A program made the translations under genes and the position numbers. From the NCBI GenBank assembly GCA_963751275.1, contig CAVVTZ010000009.1, forward strand, positions 576,001-640,000: a DNA stretch of 64,000 nucleotides. The letters are read 5' to 3'. Within the stretch, counting starts at the first letter, position 1. Each line of letters opens with the position of its first letter. Below the pieces are notes generated by a model. That model made no database searches. It had not been told where the DNA came from and worked only from the letters and a program-made list of their open reading frames with translations. Below, piece after piece: positions 1 to 11,393 of this stretch. The DNA is from an uncultured Gemmatimonadaceae bacterium (GTDB lineage Bacteria > Gemmatimonadota > Gemmatimonadetes > Gemmatimonadales > Gemmatimonadaceae).

Positions 1-228
1 GACGGGAGCCTGGCGCCGTTCGCGGCAGTATTGAAGTAGAGAAATAGCTGATAGCGATTCTCATGTAGCGGCAGGGGCGGGCGCCGTTCCTATGATCGGC
101 CGGATCCCCCCAGCGCCCGCGCCTCGGGCCCACGCGGCTGCTCTGGGCGCCTTGGCGCGCGTTCTCGCGGCGATATGGGGGCGCTTGAGCTTGGACCGCT
201 GAGGCGTCTCCAATGCGCGCCGGGAGTA

Positions 229-275
229 TTGCCAAAGTAGCACAATAGTGCTATGTTTGTAGCACTATTGTGCCA
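229..275 (+). promoter_or_regulatory. sigma70-like promoter overlapped by two palindromic operators of the TA operon
   Basis: TTGCCA(229-234)-N17-TATGTT(252-257); palindromic sites TAGCACAATAGTGCTA (238-253) and TAGCACTATTGTGCCA (260-275). Confidence 0.75.
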
Positions 276-295
276 CGCATTCGAGGAACGTCACG

Positions 296-524
296 ATGAT
301 CCGTGAGATCAAATTGCGGCAGGTCGGCGGATCGATCGGCGCCACGCTGCCGAAGGACATGGCCGAGCGCCTTCATCTGGAGGCGGGCGACCGGGTGCTG
401 GTCATCGAGACGGAGCGGGGGATCCTGCTCAGTCCGTACGACGCGAACGTCGAGCGCGCGCTGGCGATCGCCGCGGAGGCATTCGAAGAAGTACCGGAAC
501 GCACTGCACGAACTCGCGAAGTAG
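296..524 (+). CDS. AbrB/MazE-family antitoxin (apparent 1-nt frameshift near 483)
   Basis: N-terminus KLRQVGGSIGATLPKDMAERLHLEAGD is an AbrB fold signature; C-terminus KKYRNALHELAK lies in the adjacent frame and stops at 524, just before the Doc gene. Confidence 0.85.
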
Positions 525-527
525 AGA

Positions 528-920
528 GTGCGCGAGCCCGTCTGGGTGCCGCGTCTCGTGCTGGAGGCGGTGCATCTCGATCAGCTCCGCGAGCACGGCG
601 GACTCGCGGAGCTGCGCGACGAGAACGCGCTGGAAGCCGCGCTCAATCGCCCCCGGCAGAAGTGGCACTACGATCCGAAGGCGGATCTCGCCTCGCTCGC
701 CGCGGCGTACTGTTTCGGCATCGCGCGCGATCACCCGTGGCGCGACGGCAACAAGCGGATCGCGTTCCTTGCGATGGTCATCTTTCTGGGACTGAACGGG
801 CGGGAGCTGAAGGCGACGGAGACGGAGGTCGTCACGGTCATGCTGCGCGTCGCCTCAGGCGCTTCGACGGAAGCTGACCTGGAGAAATGGGTGCGCGGCC
901 GGCTGGACACGCGCCGATAG
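528..920 (+). CDS. doc: Doc (death-on-curing, Fic family) toxin
   Basis: HGG..ELRDENALEAAL and Fic/Doc motif HPWRDGNKR. Confidence 0.9.
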   Translation: MREPVWVPRLVLEAVHLDQLREHGGLAELRDENALEAALNRPRQKWHYDPKADLASLAAAYCFGIARDHPWRDGNKRIAFLAMVIFLGLNGRELKATETEVVTVMLRVASGASTEADLEKWVRGRLDTRR

Positions 921-938
921 GCCGCGCGGCCGGCCGAG

Positions 939-2453
939 TTACGCCTTCGGGGCGGTCTCCAGCTTTGGGAACAGCGCGTCGCCCTTCTTCACCCGCCAAC
1001 CCTTCGGCTCGATGCGCGCGCTGAGCGACCCCGGCTCGTCCACCTCGCCCGGTGCGCCAAGTTGCTTCCAGAGCTCGGCGGCCTTCTCGGGGATGAACGG
1101 CGACATGCACCGCGCCACGCTCGCGATCACGTAGATCAAGGTCGCGAGGGTCTCCTCGAGCTCGGCGCGCTTCGCGGGGTCCTTCGCGAGCTTCCAGGGC
1201 GCCTGCTGGTCGACGTACTGGTTCATCGCGGCCGCGCGTGACATCAGATTCGCGAGACCCTCGTGCAGCATCAGGGAATCCATCGCGGCGTCGTAGTGCT
1301 CGAAGCTGCGCTTGGCGTTCACGGGCACCACACCGTCGCAGTACTTCTCGACCATCGCGATGGTGCGGCTCGCGAGATTGCCCAGCGCGTTCGCGAGGTC
1401 GGCGTTGTAGCGGTCGTCGAAGCGCTCCCAGCTGAAATTGCCATCGGTGTCGAACGGCACTTCGCGCATCAGGAAATATCGGAACGCATCGGCGCCGTAC
1501 TTGTCGATCGCTTCGCCCAGATCGAGCTTCACGCCGCTGCTCTTGGAGAATTTCTCGCCGGCGAGCTGCACGAAGCCGTGGGCCCACACCTTCTCGGGCA
1601 GCGGGAGACCGGCGGCCATGAGCATCGCGGGCCAGATCACGCAGTGGAACCGCGTGATGTCCTTGCCAATGACATGCAATTGCGCCGGCCAGCGCGCCTC
1701 GAAACCCGCGGCGGGGAAGCCGGTGGCGGTGAGATAGTTCGGCAGCGCGTCGAACCAGACGTACGTGGTCTGCCGGTCGCCATCGCTCGTGGGGCGGGGG
1801 AAGGGCACACCCCACTTGAGACGCGAGCGGCTCGCCGAGATGTCGTCGAGCCCGCCGCGCAGCAGCGCGAGGATCTCGTTGCGGCGGCTTTCGGGCTGGA
1901 CGAATTCCGGGCGCATCTCGATATGGGCGAGAATGCGATCCGTGTACGCGCTCAGCTTGAAGAACCAGTTCTTCTCCTCGACCCATTCCAGCGTGAGCGT
2001 GGGATGGAGCACGCACTTCCCGTCCTTGATCTCGGCGTCCTGCTTGAAGCTCTCGCAGCCCACGCAATAGTTGCCGGCGTACGCCTTCTCGTAGAAATCG
2101 CCGGGGTTGGTCTGGAAGATCCGCTCGATGAGCGCCTGCACGCCCTTCACATGCGCGGGCGCGGTGGTGCGCATGAACTGATCGTAGGACACATTGAGCC
2201 GCTTCCACATCGCCTGGAATTTCTCGGCGATGCGATCGGTCTGCTGCTGCGGCGTGACTCCCGCGGCCGCGGCGGCCTGCTCCACCTTCTGACCGTGCTC
2301 GTCCATGCCGATGAGCAGCCACACATCATCACCCTTGAGCCGGTGATACCGTGCGATCACATCGGCCGCGATCTTCTCATAGGCGTGCCCGATGTGCGGC
2401 TCGCCATTCGAATAATCGATCGCTGTGGTGACGTAGAACTTACTCTTAGCCAC
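939..2453 (-). CDS. metG: methionine--tRNA ligase
   Basis: YSNGEPHIGH (HIGH), GMDEHGQK, YVWFDAL, GKDITRFH, KFSKS motifs. Confidence 0.97.
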   Translation of the reverse strand: MAKSKFYVTTAIDYSNGEPHIGHAYEKIAADVIARYHRLKGDDVWLLIGMDEHGQKVEQAAAAAGVTPQQQTDRIAEKFQAMWKRLNVSYDQFMRTTAPAHVKGVQALIERIFQTNPGDFYEKAYAGNYCVGCESFKQDAEIKDGKCVLHPTLTLEWVEEKNWFFKLSAYTDRILAHIEMRPEFVQPESRRNEILALLRGGLDDISASRSRLKWGVPFPRPTSDGDRQTTYVWFDALPNYLTATGFPAAGFEARWPAQLHVIGKDITRFHCVIWPAMLMAAGLPLPEKVWAHGFVQLAGEKFSKSSGVKLDLGEAIDKYGADAFRYFLMREVPFDTDGNFSWERFDDRYNADLANALGNLASRTIAMVEKYCDGVVPVNAKRSFEHYDAAMDSLMLHEGLANLMSRAAAMNQYVDQQAPWKLAKDPAKRAELEETLATLIYVIASVARCMSPFIPEKAAELWKQLGAPGEVDEPGSLSARIEPKGWRVKKGDALFPKLETAPKA

Positions 2454-2458
2454 GCGCG

Positions 2459-3595
2459 CTAGGCGGAGGGTGGCGACGGAGGCGCGTTGCCCGACGGCGG
2501 CGTGCCGCCGCTCCCGCCTTCACGGCGTCCGCCGCGGCGGCCGCGACGGCGGCGGCGGGGACCACTGGGTCCCTCGGACGGGGTGGAGCCTTCGGGGCGG
2601 GGAGGACGCGACGCAGCCTTCGACTGCGGACTGGCGACTGTCGGCTGGCGACTGTCGGTGCCTGCGGAACTGCCTTCCTCCTCGAGGATCGAGTCGCCAT
2701 CGGCTACCACTGGGTACGTGCCGGTGTCTTCGCGCTCCTCTTCCGCCGCGGCGGGCTGCGTGACGCCGGCGATCTCGGCTTTGTATTCCACGAGCGTGAT
2801 GATGCGCGTCTCACCTTCGGCGTTCCGCAGCGTCACGCGGTCGTTGAAAATATCATTGAGCACGATCTTCTCTTCGCCGAGCGCGGTGGTGACGACCTTC
2901 CCCTCCTTCGGGAATCGCTTGCGCGCGGCGGCGTAGAATTCGTGCTCGTAGCGCAGGCAGCACATGAGGCGGCCGCAGGCGCCGCTGATCTGGCTGGGGT
3001 TGAGCGACAGCTTCTGATCCTTCGCGGCCTGCAGGTTCACCGGACGCAGATCCGGCAGCCAGCTGGCCGAGCAGTAATCGCGGCCGCAGCGGCCAATGCC
3101 GCCGAGTCGCTTGGCTTCGTCGCGCACGCCGATCTGCTTGAGTTCGATGCGGGTACGGAAGAGTCCCGCGAGATCGCGCACGAGCGCGCGGAAATCCACG
3201 CGCTTCTCGGCGGTGAAATACAGCGTGATCTTCCGCTTGTCCCACTGCCACTCGGCGTCGCTGATCTTCATCTGCAGCTTGTGCACGCGCACGCGGTCGG
3301 CGGCTTTGCGGCGGGCTTCATCATCGAGGGCGCGGAGTTCGGCGTGCTTGCGTTCGTCTTCGCCGGAAGCGGTGCGGAGCACCTTGTGCGCCGGCGTGGG
3401 AGTGGCGCCGAGTCCGTGCGCGCAGCCGGCGCAGCGTTTCTCGGCGGCTTCGCCGGTGGCGTGGACTTTGCCGAGATCCTCGCCGCGATCGACCTCCACG
3501 ATCACGCTGGCGCGTGGCGCGAGAGGCTGTTCGCCCTCCCAGAGGAAGAATTCCTTGCGGTTGCCCTTGAAGGCAACTTCGGTAAGATGCGGCAT
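2459..3595 (-). CDS. ricT: PSP1-domain Fe-S protein (RicT/YaaT family) with low-complexity tail
   Basis: YFTAEKRVDFR, IGVRDEAK..GGIGRCGR..C, LSLNPSQISGACGRLMCCLRYE. Confidence 0.9.
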   Translation of the reverse strand: MPHLTEVAFKGNRKEFFLWEGEQPLAPRASVIVEVDRGEDLGKVHATGEAAEKRCAGCAHGLGATPTPAHKVLRTASGEDERKHAELRALDDEARRKAADRVRVHKLQMKISDAEWQWDKRKITLYFTAEKRVDFRALVRDLAGLFRTRIELKQIGVRDEAKRLGGIGRCGRDYCSASWLPDLRPVNLQAAKDQKLSLNPSQISGACGRLMCCLRYEHEFYAAARKRFPKEGKVVTTALGEEKIVLNDIFNDRVTLRNAEGETRIITLVEYKAEIAGVTQPAAAEEEREDTGTYPVVADGDSILEEEGSSAGTDSRQPTVASPQSKAASRPPRPEGSTPSEGPSGPRRRRRGRRGGRREGGSGGTPPSGNAPPSPPSA

Positions 3596-3644
3596 TAACT
3601 ACAATCTACTAGCGCGGGTTGAAAACCGGGCGTACCCCTAACCA

Positions 3645-3786
3645 CGTACTTGGTCCCCCGAACGCCGTGTTTGGCAGGGGAGGCGTGGCAACGGAACACG
3701 GCGTCCTTGGTATTGAAAACCCCAAGGACGCTAGAGCCGTTACCACCACTCAGTTGCCAAACACGGGGTTCGGGGGACCAAATACG
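3645..3786. repeat. long imperfect palindromic element, family A copy 1
   Basis: CGTACTTGGTCCCCCGAAC...GTTCGGGGGACCAAATACG arms; homologous to 15379-15503. Confidence 0.85.
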
Positions 3787-3801
3787 CCGTACAGGGAGTC
3801 G

Positions 3802-4764
3802 TTATTCGGTGACCATCCCCATGCGCAAGAACTTTTCCCTGCGCCGCCGGACCAATTTGTCCGGCTTTACGCGCCGCAGATCATCCAACGCGCTGGTGAG
3901 CGCGCCTTGGAGCGACTTCGCCGCGGCGGCCTGGTCGATATGCGCACCACCGAGCGGCTCAGGGACGATCTCGTCGATCACGCCGAACTCGAGCAGGTCG
4001 GTGGCCGTGATCCGCAGCGCCTTGGCGGCGCGCTCCTTCATCTCCACGCTCTTGCCGTCCTTCCACAGGATGGCGGCGCAGCCTTCCACGGTGATCACGG
4101 AGTAGATCGCGTTCTCGAGCATCAGCACGCGGTCCGCGACGCCGAGGGCCAGCGCGCCACCGGATCCGCCCTCGCCGATGACCGTGGCGACGATCGGCAC
4201 TTCGAGGCGGCTCATCTCGAGGAGGTTCCGCGCGATCGCCTCGCTCTGTCCGCGCTCCTCGGCGCCCAATCCGGCCCACGCGCCCGGGGTGTCGATGAGC
4301 GTGAGCACCGGCACCTGGAATTTCTCGGCGAGCTTCATCAGGCGCAGCGCCTTGCGGTACCCCTCGGGGTGCGGCATGCCGAAGTTGCGGCGGAGATTCT
4401 CCTTCGTGTCGCGGCCGCGCTGGTGGCCGATGACCATCACCGTCTCGCCGTCGAGCCGCGCCCAGCCGCCGACGATCGCGGGGTCCTCGCGGAAGGCGCG
4501 GTCGCCATGCAACTCGATGAAATCGGTGAAGGCGAGCGCGATGTAGTCGAGCGTGAAGGGGCGCTTGGAATTGCGCGCGACCTGCACGCGCTGCAGCGGC
4601 GAGAGGTTCCCATAGACGATGCGGCGCAGCTCGTCGAGCTTCGCCTCGAGCGGGGCGATCTCGGCGTCCATGTTCACCTGCCCCTGCGCGCCGGTCTTCC
4701 GGAGCTCCTCGATCTGCTTCTCGAGCTCGAGGATCGGCCGTTCGAACTCCATCGTCGAACCCAT
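3802..4764 (-). CDS. accA: acetyl-CoA carboxylase carboxyltransferase alpha subunit
   Basis: ELHGDR, NFGMPHPEGYRKALRLM, IDTPGA, GEGGSGGAL. Confidence 0.97.
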   Translation of the reverse strand: MGSTMEFERPILELEKQIEELRKTGAQGQVNMDAEIAPLEAKLDELRRIVYGNLSPLQRVQVARNSKRPFTLDYIALAFTDFIELHGDRAFREDPAIVGGWARLDGETVMVIGHQRGRDTKENLRRNFGMPHPEGYRKALRLMKLAEKFQVPVLTLIDTPGAWAGLGAEERGQSEAIARNLLEMSRLEVPIVATVIGEGGSGGALALGVADRVLMLENAIYSVITVEGCAAILWKDGKSVEMKERAAKALRITATDLLEFGVIDEIVPEPLGGAHIDQAAAAKSLQGALTSALDDLRRVKPDKLVRRRREKFLRMGMVTE

Positions 4765-4765
4765 G

Positions 4766-8254
<3,489 letters not shown>

Positions 8255-8393
8255 AGCTCGATGCTCGCGGGGGGCTGGGAGCTATATTATAGCTCGATGT
8301 TAAGGAGAGGGTGAGATGAGGTCTAACGGCTAGCGTCGACGTGAGCCGTTAGAACGGCACCGTTCCGAACGCAAACGACTAACCACTGGATAC

Positions 8394-10106
8394 ATGCGAT
8401 TCTCTGCGATAGCCGCCACCGCCACGATCCTCGCGACGGCCGCCTGCAGCAGTTCCGGCTCGACCGCCACGACGGACACCTGCTCCGGCGCGGTCATCAC
8501 GCTGAACCCGGATGAGGTCACCACGGTGCCGGCCACCGACGCGGCGTGCGTGTCGGCGCCCGCGGACGGATCCACGTACATCGTGTCGCCGCAGTTCAGC
8601 GGCAGCAGCGGGACCGCCACGGTGAACTATGAGATGGGCTCCCAACCGGCGACGCAGCAGGACGTGTCGCCATACCTTGCGAGCGGCAATGGCGTGCGCG
8701 CATTCCCCGCGAATCACCGGGTGCGCGGTCTGCAGCAGAGCTTCGACTACATGCTGCGACAGAAGGAGCGCCTGCTCGCGGGCGCGGGGGGCAAACAGGT
8801 TCGGTCGCAGCAGAACGTCATCTCGGCGGGACCGCCGCCGCTCGGCTCGACCCGCATCTTCCAGGTCTGCGGCGGCCTCGACTGCAATCCGAGCGCGTTC
8901 AAGACGGACACGGCGATCGCGCAGTACGTCGGGACCAAGATCGCGATCTACGTCAGCCAGCGGACGCCGTCGGGCGGATTCACCGCCGGGGACATCACCG
9001 CGATGGGGAACACCTTCGATCAGGACCTGTATCCGATCGACGTGAACGCGTTCGGCGCGCCGTCCGACCTCGATGCGAACGGCATCGTGATCGTGCTCAT
9101 GACGCCGTACGTCAATGCGATCACGCCGTCTTCCGAGTGTGCGACGCTCGGCTACGTCGCCGGGTTCTTCTACGGCAACGATCTCACGAACGGGCAGAAT
9201 TCGAATCACGGCGAGATCTTCTACTCGATGGTCCCGGATCCGACGGGCAGCTTCAGCTGTCCCCACGCCACATCGAGCGTCGGGCCGATCGTGCTGCCGA
9301 CGTTCATCCACGAGTTCCAGCACATGATCTCGTGGAACCAGCATGTGATCCTGCGCCCGAGCCCCGGTACGCCCGAAGAGACGTGGCTCAACGAGGGGAT
9401 GAGCCACATGGCCGAAGAACTCGGCTCGCTCTACTATGAGAACAAGTATCCGCCGCCGACGGGGCGCACCGATCCGTCGCAGCTCTTCCCGGATTCGTCG
9501 CAGGGGTTCATTGGCGGGGACCTGTTCAACTCCTACTCGTACCTCGAGAACTCGGGCGCCTCGTCGATCACCGTGTTCGCGAACTCGGGCTCGCTCGAGG
9601 AACGCGGGGGCGCATGGCTCTTCCTGCGCTGGCTCACCGATCTCAAGGGGCAGTCGATCCTGGCCGCGCTCGACCAGACGTCGCTCACCGGCGTCGCGAA
9701 CGTCGCCGCGCAGGCGGGAGAACCGTTCAACGGACTGTTCGGTGATTTCACGGCGGCCGTGTTCGGCGACAGCCTGCCTGGCTTCCCGCGCACGACCGTC
9801 ACGGCGCGCGACCGGTTCCAGTCGCGCAATCTGCGGCAGATCTACAACCGCATCTATACCACATCGCTGGGCGGCACGAATCCGCTGCCCACGCCGTTCC
9901 CGGTGGTGGCGATGACGCTGCCGGTGGGCGCGAAGAGCACGTCGAGTATGCTGATCGGGACGATGGAATACTGGAAGCTCACGATGCCGTCGTCGGGAAC
10001 CGAGATGCGCTTGCATTTCCAGAAGCAGGGGGGCGGGAGCTTCCCGTCGAGTTACGGCGCTCAGTTGAGCGTGCTGCGCTGCCCCTCGGCGTCGGCGTGC
10101 CCGTGA
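8394..10106 (+). CDS. lipoprotein zinc metallopeptidase (M30/hyicolysin-like)
   Basis: lipobox-like LATAAC; HEFQH zincin motif followed by WLNEGMSH. Confidence 0.75.
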   Translation: MRFSAIAATATILATAACSSSGSTATTDTCSGAVITLNPDEVTTVPATDAACVSAPADGSTYIVSPQFSGSSGTATVNYEMGSQPATQQDVSPYLASGNGVRAFPANHRVRGLQQSFDYMLRQKERLLAGAGGKQVRSQQNVISAGPPPLGSTRIFQVCGGLDCNPSAFKTDTAIAQYVGTKIAIYVSQRTPSGGFTAGDITAMGNTFDQDLYPIDVNAFGAPSDLDANGIVIVLMTPYVNAITPSSECATLGYVAGFFYGNDLTNGQNSNHGEIFYSMVPDPTGSFSCPHATSSVGPIVLPTFIHEFQHMISWNQHVILRPSPGTPEETWLNEGMSHMAEELGSLYYENKYPPPTGRTDPSQLFPDSSQGFIGGDLFNSYSYLENSGASSITVFANSGSLEERGGAWLFLRWLTDLKGQSILAALDQTSLTGVANVAAQAGEPFNGLFGDFTAAVFGDSLPGFPRTTVTARDRFQSRNLRQIYNRIYTTSLGGTNPLPTPFPVVAMTLPVGAKSTSSMLIGTMEYWKLTMPSSGTEMRLHFQKQGGGSFPSSYGAQLSVLRCPSASACP

Positions 10107-10110
10107 TCGC

Positions 10111-11242
10111 GTGAGCGAACGCCCGAAAGACGGAGCCCGGCGGCACGAGTCGCCGGGCTCCTTCTCATCCTGGCGCCGCGTGTGGCGCTGGGCCTGGTGC
10201 GCGGCACTGGTGCTGCTCGCGGCGCTCATCCTGTTCGCGGCCGCGACCCCGATGGGGCGGTATCTCGCGCGCGCGGGCTGGGCCGAGGCGCACATCCTCG
10301 CACGGCGCCGCCCCATCGCGGCGCTCGTGACGGATCCCGCGACCGATGCCCGCACGCGCGCGAAGCTCGGCCTCGTGCTCGCGGCGCGCGGCTTCGCGGC
10401 GGACTCGCTGCATCTGGATGCGCGCGAGAGCTTCACGACGTACAGCGCGCTCGATCATGACACGCTCGTGCTGGTGGTATCGGCCGCGTACCGCGACACG
10501 CTCGCGTTCCACACGTGGTGGTTCCCCATCGTGGGGAGCGTGCCGTACAAGGGATACTTCCGCGCCGCGGACGCGCTCGCGGAAGCGGCGTCGCTCGAAC
10601 GCGCGGGCTACGACACGATCGTGCGGCCGGCGTCGGCGTTCAGCACGCTGGGATGGTTCAACGACCCGCTGCTCTCGACCACGCTCGCGGAGGACAGCGC
10701 GTCGCTCGCGAACACGGTGATCCACGAGCTGCTGCACAACACGTTCTATGCGCCCGGCTCATCCGCCTTCAACGAAAGCTTCGCGAACTTCGTGGGCTCG
10801 CGCGGCGCCGAGCGATTCTTCCTGGAGCGCGGCGACAGTGTGCAGGCGGCGAAGGAGCGGCTGGACTGGGAGCGGGAGAAATTCCTGGGGCGGTTCTGGA
10901 GCGGCGTGTATCGCGCGGTGGATTCCGCGTTCAAGGCGCATCCCGGGGACCGGGCGGCGCGGCTGGCGGCGCGTGACACGGTGTTCGCGCGCACGCGCAT
11001 CTGACTTCGAGCGTGAGGTGAAACCCAACGTACCGGGGCTGCCGCCGGGCGCGCCGCTCTTGCTGCGGCTCGACAACGTGATGGTGATGTCGCGGCGCCT
11101 CTACCGCACGGGGCTCGACGATTTCGACGCGGTGTACGCGCGCGAAGGGAACGATCTCAACAAGGCGATCGCGAAGATCATCGAGCTGGCGCGCGCGAAC
11201 CCGAAGGATCCGTTCGCCGCGGTGCGCGAATCGCTGAGATAA
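10111..11242 (+). CDS. putative zinc aminopeptidase (Aminopep family; apparent frameshift near 11000)
   Basis: N-terminal TM, WWFPIVGSVPYKGYF, AFSTLGWFNDPL, HELLH, FNESFA; C-terminus continues in a second frame to 11242. Confidence 0.85.
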
Positions 11243-11244
11243 GG

Positions 11245-11390
11245 CGCGTGTGGGGCCTCGTACCGCTCGAACGGCGCGTCTGGGAGGCAGCGTGTGGTAC
11301 GGCTCTGCGGGAGTGGTACTACTCACGCCGAGCGGTACTACACGCTGCCTCCCAGACGCGCCGTTCGAGCGGTACGAGGCCCCACATGCG
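11245..11390. repeat. long near-perfect palindrome between convergent genes
   Basis: arms TGTGGGGCCTCGTACCGCTCGAACGGCGCGTCTGGGAGGCAGCGTGT / ACACGCTGCCTCCCAGACGCGCCGTTCGAGCGGTACGAGGCCCCACA. Confidence 0.9.
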
Positions 11391-11393
11391 TAG

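Noticed and set aside
1..39. 3' end of an upstream CDS (DGSLAPFAAVLK*)
   Set aside because: Too short to identify or support.
8321..8354. Integron attC site (GTCTAAC...GTTAGAA)
   Set aside because: Only about 34 bp, shorter than known attC sites; no L boxes, integrase or cassette array nearby.
11002..11004. In-frame TGA as selenocysteine or readthrough in the aminopeptidase
   Set aside because: The plausible C-terminus continues in a different frame, which indicates an indel rather than recoding.
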